Source: an uncultured Clostridia bacterium | Lineage (GTDB): Bacteria > Bacillota > Clostridia > Christensenellales > UBA1242 | Length of the DNA stretch: 64,000 bases | Reading direction: 5' to 3' | NCBI GenBank assembly: GCA_944377485.1 | Contig: CALWFB010000001.1 | Location: 94,095-158,094, forward strand | Shown: piece by piece, positions 37,453-45,963 of the stretch | How the letters are laid out: each line of letters begins with the position of its first letter | How positions within the stretch are numbered: position 1 is the stretch's first letter | Notes under the pieces: model-generated | The model's input: the letters and a program-made list of their open reading frames with translations, nothing else | Told to the model about the DNA's origin: nothing | Databases searched by the model: none | Made by a program: the position numbers and the translations under genes

Positions 37453-37749
37453 TTAAATCTCTGTGGACGAAGCTGTGCTATTTGTATCAGATTCAGAATT
37501 TGTATCGTTTGTATCAGAATTTTCACTATCTGTGTCACTCGTGGAATCTTCTGGATTTTCTGAAATGGGCTCCTCTCCTTGCATTAAATAATTTCCACTA
37601 AGTACAGAGTTTACATCTTCTTCAAATATATAACTACCTTTTAATATAAAATCCAATTCATTTTTGACTTCTAATAAATGGTAATATTTTTCTAATTTTT
37701 TTTCTAAATCTTCAATACGTTTTAAACACAATTCTAATAATTCGTCCAT
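37453..37749 (-). CDS. Hypothetical small protein: N-terminal coiled coil plus an acidic S/T/D/N low-complexity tail
   Basis: 98 aa: MDELLELCLKRIEDLEKKLEKY... then ...PEDSTSDTDSENSDTNDTNSESDTNSTASSTEI. Upstream of, and co-oriented with, the LRR gene. Confidence 0.5.
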   Translation of the reverse strand: MDELLELCLKRIEDLEKKLEKYYHLLEVKNELDFILKGSYIFEEDVNSVLSGNYLMQGEEPISENPEDSTSDTDSENSDTNDTNSESDTNSTASSTEI

Positions 37750-37822
37750 AATATTCTCCTATGATGATTTTAAATATGAATTTGAAAATTTAACCAAAAC
37801 GTGACAATTTAAACAAAAAAGA

Positions 37823-37851
37823 TTGCACAATTACATATAATGTGATATAAT
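37823..37851 (+). promoter_or_regulatory. Sigma-A-type promoter (extended -10) for the membrane-protein gene
   Basis: TTGCAC (37823-37828), 17 nt ending in TGA, TATAAT (37846-37851). AGGAG RBS before the ATG at 37868. Confidence 0.5.
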
Positions 37852-37867
37852 ATTAATAGGAGAAATT

Positions 37868-38422
37868 ATGTCTAAGAATTTAAAAATTTCATATATTTTA
37901 TCAATGATATTTGCAGGTATAATCATGGCATGGGGCACTATTTCTAATTATTTTTCTGGTGTAGGAGTGTGCTTTATTTTGTTGGTTGGCATATTGACAA
38001 CACTTTTGATATTTTTACTGACAGATAGTTTTGTAAAATCAAGAATAAAAGATTTATTTATTGCCACATGTGTATTTGTACTTTTAGAATTTTTTGTTTA
38101 CTTTTTGATAGAATTCAATCTTTTATCAATAGATGCTATGCTTGGAATGCAGAGATATCAAATGTTTATATCTATATTGGCATTGATTTATTTAGTGTAC
38201 GTGATATTTAGATTTATTTTGGACTTAAAAGATATTAAAGTCGGATTTATTGAAACAATGTTAGGAAACAAAGAACGAACAAAGAAAATAAAGACAGCAA
38301 AAGAATTATCTAATGGTTCGTTAGAAGAAAAACCAAATCAAAAGAATAATGAACGTGCTAGCCAAACAGAAGAATCGAAGGCATCAAACGAAACAGTTGA
38401 TATCGAAATAGATGAAGAATAA
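37868..38422 (+). CDS. Hypothetical integral membrane protein (4 TM) with a charged C-terminal tail
   Basis: Four hydrophobic helices, then a K/E/N-rich tail. Good RBS, followed by a terminator. Confidence 0.65.
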   Translation: MSKNLKISYILSMIFAGIIMAWGTISNYFSGVGVCFILLVGILTTLLIFLLTDSFVKSRIKDLFIATCVFVLLEFFVYFLIEFNLLSIDAMLGMQRYQMFISILALIYLVYVIFRFILDLKDIKVGFIETMLGNKERTKKIKTAKELSNGSLEEKPNQKNNERASQTEESKASNETVDIEIDEE

Positions 38423-38444
38423 ATAGGTGTACACCTATTTTTTC
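38422..38444 (+). terminator. Intrinsic terminator
   Basis: aATAGGTGTACACCTATttttt: a palindromic 8-bp stem followed by a T-run, immediately after the stop at 38420-38422. Confidence 0.7.
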
Positions 38445-38476
38445 ATGACAATTTAGTAGAAAGTTTAAATTTTGTG

Positions 38477-38505
38477 TTGACATCAATCTTTTTATGTGAT
38501 AATAT
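38477..38505 (+). promoter_or_regulatory. Sigma-A-type promoter for rpmG-secE-nusG
   Basis: TTGACA (38477-38482), 17 nt, TAATAT (38500-38505). Confidence 0.55.
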
Positions 38506-38560
38506 AATAATGCACCTGGTAGGTGTTTTTTTAACATAAATAAAGATATAAGGAGAAAAT

Positions 38561-38731
38561 ATGGCAAAGAAAGCAAAAACCAAAAGAGAAAAGATAATAT
38601 TAGAATGTACAGAATGTAAGAACAGAAATTACAACAGTACAAAGAATAAAGCAAATGACCCAGAAAGATTAGAAATCAAGAAATATTGTCCAACTTGCAG
38701 AAAAACAACAGCACACAAAGAAACTAAGTAG
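38561..38731 (+). CDS. rpmG: 50S ribosomal protein L33 (zinc-ribbon form)
   Basis: Not in the ORF track (56 aa). Sequence: [56 protein letters not shown]. It has CxxC...CxxC and an AAGGAG RBS at 38550-38555, in the classic position upstream of secE-nusG. Confidence 0.9.
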   Translation: MAKKAKTKREKIILECTECKNRNYNSTKNKANDPERLEIKKYCPTCRKTTAHKETK

Positions 38732-38739
38732 AGGTGAAT

Positions 38740-39162
38740 ATGTCTAAGAAAAATAAATCTGCCAAGAAAAATCCAACTAATGTTAAACTAGATGAAACTA
38801 AAAACCTAGAAGAAAACGAAAGTGAAATTGTTAAAAGTGAAAATCTAGAACAAGTAGCACAGGCAGAACAGCAGTCAGAGCAAACTGAAAACACACCTAA
38901 GAAAGCAGGTAAAGAAAAAGTTGTTGAAGTTAAAGCAAAAGACGTAGCAAAAAATACTAAAAAGAAAGACAAAAACAAAAAACCTAACAAGATGGCTAAG
39001 GCTTTGAAGGATACAGGCAATGAATTAAAGAGAATTACTTGGCCGCCATTTAAGCAAGTAGTGAAACAAACATGTGTTGTCTTAGTGTTTGTTATTGTTT
39101 TCACTGTCGTATTGTTTGGATTTGACCAACTTTGTATTTGGTTGACAAGTTTCTTATATTAA
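38740..39162 (+). CDS. secE: Preprotein translocase subunit SecE with a ~85-aa K/E/N-rich N-terminal extension
   Basis: The C-terminal 56 aa (MAKALKDTGNELKRITWPPFKQVVKQTCVVLVFVIVFTVVLFGFDQL...) form a canonical short SecE. The frame is open for 86 more codons upstream, to the ATG at 38740 with GAGGTG just upstream. Confidence 0.85.
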   Translation: MSKKNKSAKKNPTNVKLDETKNLEENESEIVKSENLEQVAQAEQQSEQTENTPKKAGKEKVVEVKAKDVAKNTKKKDKNKKPNKMAKALKDTGNELKRITWPPFKQVVKQTCVVLVFVIVFTVVLFGFDQLCIWLTSFLY

Positions 39163-39214
39163 TCCATATTATTTTGTTATATTATAATTTTGTATATTTT
39201 AAGGAGAGAAGATA

Positions 39215-39772
39215 ATGGCAATTATAGATAAAGACATTGACAAAGAGCCAAAATGGTACTCTTTACGTGTGTTCGTAGGTTATGAAAATGTAGCAAAACT
39301 TAATCTCGAAAACACAATAGAAAAATATGATTTACAAAATCGTATTTTTGATATTGTAATTCCAATGGAAGATGTATTGGTTGAAAAACGAGGCAAAAAA
39401 GTGCTTGTTCCTAAGAAAACCATGCCAGGATATCTATTAGTAAAGATGCTTTATGGCGATGACATTTGGCATGCAGTAATTCACACTCAATACATCAACA
39501 GTTTTGTTGGACCAAAAGGTAGACCTGTTCCAATTACAGATGAAGAAGCGAGAAGACTTGGTCTTGATGGGGCGAACAAAGAGGCTAAAATTGATTTAGA
39601 TGTCAATGTGGGTGATACTATTGAAATAATAGAAGGTTCATTATCTGGATTTGTAGGTAAGGTTAAGGACGTCAATAAAGATAATCAGACGCTAACTGCT
39701 ATTGTTGAAATGTTCGGTAGAGATAGTGAAGTAGAGTTGAAATTTAATCAAATTCGTATTGGAAATGTTTAA
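39215..39772 (+). CDS. nusG: Transcription termination/antitermination factor NusG
   Basis: KWYSLRVFVGYENVAK (NGN domain) and a C-terminal KOW (GDTIEIIEGSLSGFVGKVKDV). AAGGAGAG RBS. Confidence 0.93.
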   Translation: MAIIDKDIDKEPKWYSLRVFVGYENVAKLNLENTIEKYDLQNRIFDIVIPMEDVLVEKRGKKVLVPKKTMPGYLLVKMLYGDDIWHAVIHTQYINSFVGPKGRPVPITDEEARRLGLDGANKEAKIDLDVNVGDTIEIIEGSLSGFVGKVKDVNKDNQTLTAIVEMFGRDSEVELKFNQIRIGNV

Positions 39773-39855
39773 TTTTTTAAAGTATATAAATAAAAAATTT
39801 GCATATGACTTGAAACGAATACAGTACAAACCTAACGATTAATTTATTATAAATA

Positions 39856-39884
39856 TTGACTAACTATATATTTTGTGTTATGAT
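39856..39884 (+). promoter_or_regulatory. Sigma-A-type promoter (extended -10) for rplK-rplA
   Basis: TTGACT (39856-39861), 17 nt ending in TGT, TATGAT (39879-39884). Followed by a ~95-nt structured leader. Confidence 0.55.
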
Positions 39885-39982
39885 TCGAGCGGAAACTAAT
39901 CAGCCGAAAAGAGAGAGAATTTCGTGGGAGGATAAAATTTCAGATTATCCATGCAACCACGCCATAGAATAGGAGGAAAATT

Positions 39983-40420
39983 ATGGCAAAGAAAGTTAAA
40001 TCTGTTGTCAAAATTCAACTTCCTGCTGGTAAAGCTACCCCAGGACCACCAGTTGGTTCATCACTTGGTCCACACGGTATCAACATTGCAGGATTTGTTA
40101 AAGAATTTAATGACAGAACAGCAAAACAAGTTGGATTTGTTATCCCTTGCGTAATCACTATTTATGAAGATAGAAGTTTCACATTCGTTTTGAAACAACC
40201 ACCTGCTGCTGACCTTATTAAGAAAGAAGCAGGAATTGAAAAGGGTACAGACAAATCAAAGAACAAAGTTGGAAAAATCACAGTCGAACAACTTAGAAAA
40301 ATTGCAGAAATCAAGATGCCAGACCTTAATGCAAGTTCTATTGAAAGTGCAATGAGCATGATTGCTGGTTCTTGTCGCAGTATGGGTGTCACAGTGGAGG
40401 GCTACAATGAAAAGAAGTAA
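39983..40420 (+). CDS. rplK: 50S ribosomal protein L11
   Basis: [35 protein letters not shown]...: canonical L11. AGGAGG RBS. Confidence 0.97.
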   Translation: MAKKVKSVVKIQLPAGKATPGPPVGSSLGPHGINIAGFVKEFNDRTAKQVGFVIPCVITIYEDRSFTFVLKQPPAADLIKKEAGIEKGTDKSKNKVGKITVEQLRKIAEIKMPDLNASSIESAMSMIAGSCRSMGVTVEGYNEKK

Positions 40421-41099
40421 AAATTATGAAGAAGCTTTGAAATTGTTGGACAAGACCAAAACTTATGACGCAAAAGAAGCAATGGACCTTGTGACAAAGA
40501 CAAGCAAAGCAAAATTTGATGAAACAGTAGAATTACATGTTAGATTAGGTGTTGATGGACGTAATGCTGACCAACAAGTACGTGGCGTAGTAGTATTGCC
40601 AGAAGGTACAGGAAAATCTGTTAAAGTTTTGGTAATTGCGAAAGGCGATAAGGCAGAAGAAGCTAAGAAAGCTGGCGCTGATATAGTTGGTGATGATGAA
40701 ATTATCGCAAAAATTATGTCTGGAAATTGGTTAGATTTTGATGTATGTATCACTACACCAGATATGATGGGAGCACTTGGTCGTTGTGCTCGTATATTAG
40801 GACCTAAGGGCTTGATGCCAAATCCTAAGAGTGGTACAGTCACTATGGACGTCACAAAGGCTATTAAAGATGTGAAGGCTGGTAAAGTTGAATATCGTCT
40901 TGACAAACAAAATATTGTTCACGTTCGTATTGGTAAAGTTAGTTTTGGTGCAGATAGATTGTATAACAACCTTTCAACAGTTATGGATGCAATTATCAAA
41001 GCAAAACCAGCAGCTGCAAAAGGTACTTATATAAAATCAGCATATGTCGCAACAACTATGGGACCAAGTTTAAAAATTAATTATTCTGATAATAAATAA
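40407..41099 (+). CDS. rplA: 50S ribosomal protein L1
   Basis: 230 aa starting [24 protein letters not shown] at 40407 with GGAGG at 40396-40400. Overlaps the rplK end by 14 nt. The ORF-track start at 40362 was rejected. Confidence 0.95.
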   Translation: MKRSKNYEEALKLLDKTKTYDAKEAMDLVTKTSKAKFDETVELHVRLGVDGRNADQQVRGVVVLPEGTGKSVKVLVIAKGDKAEEAKKAGADIVGDDEIIAKIMSGNWLDFDVCITTPDMMGALGRCARILGPKGLMPNPKSGTVTMDVTKAIKDVKAGKVEYRLDKQNIVHVRIGKVSFGADRLYNNLSTVMDAIIKAKPAAAKGTYIKSAYVATTMGPSLKINYSDNK

Positions 41100-41103
41100 T
41101 AAA

Positions 41104-41136
41104 AAAGGATATATCTTATTGATATATCTTTTTTTG
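41104..41136 (+). terminator. Intrinsic terminator after rplA
   Basis: aaaGGATATATCttattGATATATCtttttttg: 8-9 bp stem and a T-run. Confidence 0.65.
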
Positions 41137-41182
41137 ATATTTAATTAAATAAAATAATATTTATTATATAATTAAATTAGTA

Positions 41183-41617
41183 TTAATTTTTTCCAGTAGA
41201 ACCAAGTCCACCACGATTGATATCGCTCAATTTAGTGACAGTAGTGATTATATGTTCTGGTTGGTGCGCAAGGATTCTAAATTGGCAAATTCTATCATTT
41301 TTATGGATAATTGTGTCACGAAGTGCAATGGCAGGGAACATCCATTGGTCATTATCGCCACAGTATGTCTCGTCAATTATACCAATGCTGTTGGCTTGAA
41401 GTATGCCATAATTTTTGAATGTGCTACTTCTAGGTGCAACTATTGCTTCATATCCTTTTGGGAGTTGTATTCCAATTCCTAATTTAATTAATCTAAATTC
41501 GCCAGCTTTCATTTCAATATCTTCTGCACATCTTAAATCATACCAATCACTTTTTTTACCTTCAATATATTTAATTGGCTCAATGTCAGTAAAATATTTT
41601 ACTTTTAATTCTAACAT
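41183..41617 (-). CDS. dut: dUTP diphosphatase
   Basis: 144 aa. PRSSTFKNYGILQANSIGIIDETYCGDND (dUTPase motifs 2-3) and the C-terminal RGGLGSTGK (motif 5). Confidence 0.9.
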   Translation of the reverse strand: MLELKVKYFTDIEPIKYIEGKKSDWYDLRCAEDIEMKAGEFRLIKLGIGIQLPKGYEAIVAPRSSTFKNYGILQANSIGIIDETYCGDNDQWMFPAIALRDTIIHKNDRICQFRILAHQPEHIITTVTKLSDINRGGLGSTGKN

Positions 41618-41740
41618 TTTTTCTCCTTTTATTTGAATAAAATATGAATTTTTTTAATATAATTTTTATAAAAAAATTATTAAAAAGCACTTTAAAATAG
41701 TATTTTAAGTCAAATTTATTTAAATTTTTAATATTTTAAT

Positions 41741-42661
41741 TTATTTTTTATTTTCCATCAATCTTTTATCTGGTGAATCTAATAAAATATTTAAACAAAT
41801 ATTTTTATTGCTTAATCTGCTAAAAATTCGTTCGTCATATCTAGTTAAAATATCATCAGGAGATAAATTTGATGAAATAACGGTCGGTAATTTATGTATT
41901 TGGCGTGTATTGATTACATTGTATAGATATTCTTTTGTGACATTGTTTAAAATTGGTTCAGTTCCTAAATCATCAATCAAAAGGATATCTGCTTTTAAGC
42001 AATCTGAAAACTCGTATGATTTTCCGATATGATACAATCTTGCCAATTCGTTTAATTCGAACATTGTTTTAAAACATACAACGTATCCGTTATTGATGAA
42101 CTCGTTAGCGATTGCTTCTAATAAAAACGTCTTTCCACTGCCTGCACCACCGATTATATTGATGTTTAATTTTGAAACATTTGGATAATTTTTACACCAA
42201 ATTTTTAATTTTTCGGTAGTTTTTTTATCTGTCTCATTCATTAATTTTTCATTACAATCGGAAAAAGAATGAAAATTGTTTTGGCTACTTGTCAATATGG
42301 ATAAACGTTTATTTAATTCTTTTTTTACACATGAGCATATTTTATTGCCGTCCATGCCTGTATCTTTGCATATTGGACAATCATATTTTGGAACTAAATT
42401 TTCTTTATTAATATGATTTGTTTTTAAATATGAATCAATCTTTTTTTGTAGTTCAAGTATATCTTTTTTTAGTTTTAAATTTTCTATTTCATATTTTGAT
42501 TTCATATATTCTAATTGCTTTATATTGTAGTCGGTATAAATATTATCAAAATACTTATCATTTCTGAGATTTTGAATAAATTCTTCACATGCTTCTTCTG
42601 CTCGAATTCGTTTCAAAAGATAGGTTTGTTTTATTTCATCAATTAGTTTTTTCTTGTCCAT
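41741..42661 (-). CDS. DnaI/DnaC-like helicase-loader AAA+ ATPase
   Basis: Zn-binding CPICKDTGMDGNKICSC, Walker A GGAGSGKTFLLEAIAN, Walker B LLIDDLGTE. Start set at ATG 42661 (MDKKKL), 6 nt after GAGG and 1 nt after the upstream stop. The ORF-track start at 42682 was rejected. Confidence 0.8.
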   Translation of the reverse strand: MDKKKLIDEIKQTYLLKRIRAEEACEEFIQNLRNDKYFDNIYTDYNIKQLEYMKSKYEIENLKLKKDILELQKKIDSYLKTNHINKENLVPKYDCPICKDTGMDGNKICSCVKKELNKRLSILTSSQNNFHSFSDCNEKLMNETDKKTTEKLKIWCKNYPNVSKLNINIIGGAGSGKTFLLEAIANEFINNGYVVCFKTMFELNELARLYHIGKSYEFSDCLKADILLIDDLGTEPILNNVTKEYLYNVINTRQIHKLPTVISSNLSPDDILTRYDERIFSRLSNKNICLNILLDSPDKRLMENKK

Positions 42662-42662
42662 A

Positions 42663-44123
42663 TTATACCTCAACTTCACCATCTAAATTGGTTAGAAAAC
42701 TAGATATCTGTTCTTTTGTGTAGTTATTGTGGATAAATCCAGAATTTGTATTATTATTGGATTTATTTTCTTTATCCTTTGATTTGTCTGTTTTGACTTT
42801 ACTTAAAGTTTTCAATCCTAAATTGTTCCAATTAGACAGCAATTTGTTTAGATATTGAATTGCATTATTTGTACCCGTGCTTAGTGATGCTCCGTATAAA
42901 ATTATCTCATCACTAAATTTCCAATCAGTCGTCCACACTTTATAGAATTGCCTATCGGCATTGTTGACATTTCGTGTCAGTCCGAGAGCCGAAAGGACTT
43001 GTTTGATTTTTTCATCTTGTACGAGATTGTCGTCAATATACTGCATATAGGCTTGCATGCTGACAATACCAAGTTTGAAGAGTTTGTTGATAATATTATT
43101 CATGCCTTCCAATGTTTTAATTGTGGACAAAAAGCAATTATTAGCAATCATTTTTAATGTGTCTTTGTCATATCCCATATTAAGCCATGTAATTATGTAA
43201 GTATCAATCTCTTTTGTCACATCTTCATAATAAATGCCCAATTCTTTATTGATAGTCATTGCTATAAAGTATAGATTTTCTTTTTCCACTTCATAATTTT
43301 CAATTTCAGGTATTGAAATAAGTTTCATTTGAAAATATTTTGTTAAAATGTTATCTAGTGAATACATGTCAGTACGTCTATTCTTCGCTTTCATACTTTT
43401 TATAACAAATGTAATAGTGTTCAATTCAAAACCATACGAATTGAGCCACTTGTTGAGCATATCTTTGTCCTCAATCTGTATTTTACGCTTGCTTCCCATA
43501 GCTAGAAGTATAAGGCTGACATTGTCATCTACAATTCCTAATTCTTCAATCTTTTTCTTAACGGCATCTAATGAAATTATTCCTTCACGTAGCCAGTCTT
43601 TTGCAACGGTAAGGGCATAGTTTGGAAGCATCTTAAAATCTTTATAGTTAGCGCAATATTTCACAATTTCCAACAGTGCAGATTGCTCAATATGTTTATT
43701 TTCCATCAGATAGTAGAATTCACCATACTCGTTCTGAGTTAACATATGATGAGGGAACAATTCCTGTAATTGAATGTTAAAATCAGTATATTTGTCAGTC
43801 TTGAATTTTTTTATGGCCTGTGCGTTGCTGATTACGGGCAAAAAACGAACTTCGACAGGGTCGGTTGATAGAACTTGAACTAATCCTTTTTCTTCCCAAT
43901 ACTTGAACAGTGAAATTACATCTTCGTTTGGCAAATTTAATACTTTTGCGAAATATTCAAGAGAATTGTCCTCATTTGTTGAATTGTTGCACTGATACAG
44001 ACCAAGAAGATAAGCTTTGACACACAAATCCGGAGCATTAGGCAAATATTCGCTGATAAAGATATTATCAACGACCGTCTTATTGCTAGTTTGATAACTA
44101 GGTGAAAATTTACAAAATGACAT
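42663..44123 (-). CDS. Replication initiation / membrane attachment protein (DnaB-Bsu / DnaD-domain family)
   Basis: 486 aa. The N-terminus (NIFISEYLPNAPDLCVKAYLLGLYQC) and internal repeated DnaD-like winged-helix segments resemble the Firmicute DnaB/DnaD family. It lies immediately upstream of the dnaI-like gene, as in the B. subtilis dnaB-dnaI operon. Confidence 0.6.
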   Translation of the reverse strand: MSFCKFSPSYQTSNKTVVDNIFISEYLPNAPDLCVKAYLLGLYQCNNSTNEDNSLEYFAKVLNLPNEDVISLFKYWEEKGLVQVLSTDPVEVRFLPVISNAQAIKKFKTDKYTDFNIQLQELFPHHMLTQNEYGEFYYLMENKHIEQSALLEIVKYCANYKDFKMLPNYALTVAKDWLREGIISLDAVKKKIEELGIVDDNVSLILLAMGSKRKIQIEDKDMLNKWLNSYGFELNTITFVIKSMKAKNRRTDMYSLDNILTKYFQMKLISIPEIENYEVEKENLYFIAMTINKELGIYYEDVTKEIDTYIITWLNMGYDKDTLKMIANNCFLSTIKTLEGMNNIINKLFKLGIVSMQAYMQYIDDNLVQDEKIKQVLSALGLTRNVNNADRQFYKVWTTDWKFSDEIILYGASLSTGTNNAIQYLNKLLSNWNNLGLKTLSKVKTDKSKDKENKSNNNTNSGFIHNNYTKEQISSFLTNLDGEVEV

Positions 44124-44233
44124 GACAATATTTTAACACAATTTTTTTTATTTGTCTATTATATCCGTCTTATGTAGACTTCCATTTTTTGTTTATATGT
44201 TCTATTAGTGAGAAGCAATTCATAATATTGAAT

Positions 44234-45712
44234 ATGAAAAGATATTTTGCAATAGTTATGGTTTTAATACTTGGACTGGCTTGTGTGGCTTGTAAGAAAA
44301 AAGATAATATAATAGAATATAGTAAAGATTTATCAAACTATGAAATAAATTTAGATTTTGATACGGACACGAAATCTGCACAGGCAAGTTTGAGTTTAGA
44401 TTATATAAATAGTAGCGATGACATGCTAAACGAATTGAAATTTCATTTGTATCCACAATTTTTTAAAGAAGATGCATCTCATTTGGTTGTCGGTAGTACA
44501 AAACTTAATGATGCTTATCCTAATGGAATGAGCTATTCAGAATTTGATATAAATCGAATAGTTGTTGAAAATGAGGATAAAGAAATACAATATCAGGGTG
44601 AATATAATGATATTTTAGTCGTGAATTTAAATAATCATTTATTGCCCGACAATAGAATAAATATCTTTATTGAGTTTAGTTTCAGTTTGCCAAATTGTGA
44701 ACATCGATTTGGATATGGTAATAATACAATAAATTTAGCAAATTTCTATCCAATAATGTGTGTCTATGAAAATGGAGGTTTTGACGAAAGCGGATACAAT
44801 CCTAATGGAGACCCCTTTTATAGCGATATGGCTAATTATGAGTTGACAATTAATCTAAATAATTCAAATTATATAGTAGCTGGTACGGGCGAAAAGACGG
44901 ACGTAAAACTGGTAGATGGAAAATATCAAACAAAATTCAGTGCAAAATTAGTTAGAGATTTTGCATTAGTATTAAGTGATAAATTTGAAGTAATCTCAGG
45001 TAAAGTTGGAAATACAAAAGTTGAATATTATTATTTTTTAGATGATGATGCAAAAAAATCCTTGCAAGCGGGGCTAGATGCGATTGAGACATTTTCCGAT
45101 TTGTTTGGAGATTATCCTTATCCAACTTTCTCAATAGTAAAAACAGATTTTATATATGGTGGAATGGAGTATCCAAATTTAATAATGATTAGTGCTGATA
45201 TAGAAAATATTGACGACTATATGAATGTCATAATTCATGAAACGGCGCATCAATGGTGGTATGGAATGGTTGGCAACGATGAATATAAATATCCATGGCT
45301 AGATGAAGCATTAACAGAATATTCGTGTCTATTATTTTATGATAACAATTCAGGATATAATTTGACTCATTCTGAAATGTTAAGTGCATCAAAGGAAAAT
45401 TATTCATTATTCGTGACAGTATATCAAGATGTATTAGGTGACTTAGATACTAGTATGCGAGCAGTAAATGAATATGATACAGAACCAGAATATACATATT
45501 GTACATATGTTAAGGGAGTTTTGATGTATGAAAGTTTGTATCAATTAATAGGAGAAAAAGATTTTATAACCGGACTTAAAAATTATTTTAATGATAACAA
45601 ATATACAAATGTAATTCCCTCAGATATTATTAGGGCATTTGAAAAAGCATGCGGTAATGAATTAGATAATTTCTTTTCTAGTTGGATTGACGGGAAAGTT
45701 GTAATTAGATGA
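44234..45712 (+). CDS. M1-family (gluzincin) metallopeptidase, probable lipoprotein
   Basis: HETAHQWWYG...18 aa...WLDEALTEY (HExxH+E). Signal with a lipobox-compatible LILGLAC|VAC. Start trimmed to the ATG at 44234. Confidence 0.85.
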   Translation: MKRYFAIVMVLILGLACVACKKKDNIIEYSKDLSNYEINLDFDTDTKSAQASLSLDYINSSDDMLNELKFHLYPQFFKEDASHLVVGSTKLNDAYPNGMSYSEFDINRIVVENEDKEIQYQGEYNDILVVNLNNHLLPDNRINIFIEFSFSLPNCEHRFGYGNNTINLANFYPIMCVYENGGFDESGYNPNGDPFYSDMANYELTINLNNSNYIVAGTGEKTDVKLVDGKYQTKFSAKLVRDFALVLSDKFEVISGKVGNTKVEYYYFLDDDAKKSLQAGLDAIETFSDLFGDYPYPTFSIVKTDFIYGGMEYPNLIMISADIENIDDYMNVIIHETAHQWWYGMVGNDEYKYPWLDEALTEYSCLLFYDNNSGYNLTHSEMLSASKENYSLFVTVYQDVLGDLDTSMRAVNEYDTEPEYTYCTYVKGVLMYESLYQLIGEKDFITGLKNYFNDNKYTNVIPSDIIRAFEKACGNELDNFFSSWIDGKVVIR

Positions 45713-45731
45713 AATTAAAAATAAATAAAAA

Positions 45732-45765
45732 AATAACGGATTTATTGAATTTCCGTTATTTTTTG
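45732..45765 (+). terminator. Intrinsic terminator after the M1 peptidase gene
   Basis: AATAACGGA-tttattgaatt-TCCGTTATT followed by TTTTT: 9-bp perfect stem. Confidence 0.7.
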
Positions 45766-45927
45766 CAAATTATTTTTATTTTTTTCATTATTTTTAATAT
45801 TTTTTTATTTTTTAATTAAATAATTTTATAATTTTTTTTGATTAATGTGAAATACAATCAAATACTTAACTATTTAAAATAATTTATATTAAAATATTTA
45901 AAATTAATTAAAATTTATTAATAATAT

Positions 45928-45956
45928 TTGTAAAAAAATGGTTTTTTGTTTATAAT
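45928..45956 (+). promoter_or_regulatory. Sigma-A-type promoter abutting the ABC-transporter start codon
   Basis: TTGTAA (45928-45933), 17 nt, TATAAT (45951-45956). The ATG at 45964 is 7 nt after the -10 and has no SD sequence. Confidence 0.4.
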
Positions 45957-45963
45957 TAAATAA

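Noticed and set aside
36245-37749. LRR/tail-fibre-like gene pair as a prophage or mobile element
   Set aside because: No integrase, terminase, capsid genes, att-like direct repeats or tRNA nearby. Only two genes, so not enough to call a mobile element.
38724-39104. 126-aa minus-strand ORF antisense to secE, plus the 98-aa ORF at 38358-38654 antisense to rpmG
   Set aside because: They overlap conserved rpmG/secE coding sequence on the opposite strand. Their composition (F/L/S/T-rich) mirrors the K/E-rich sense frame.
40463-40906. 147-aa minus-strand ORF, and the plus-strand alternative-frame ORF at 39951-40154, in the rplK/rplA region
   Set aside because: Both overlap canonical L11/L1 coding sequence, with no independent support.
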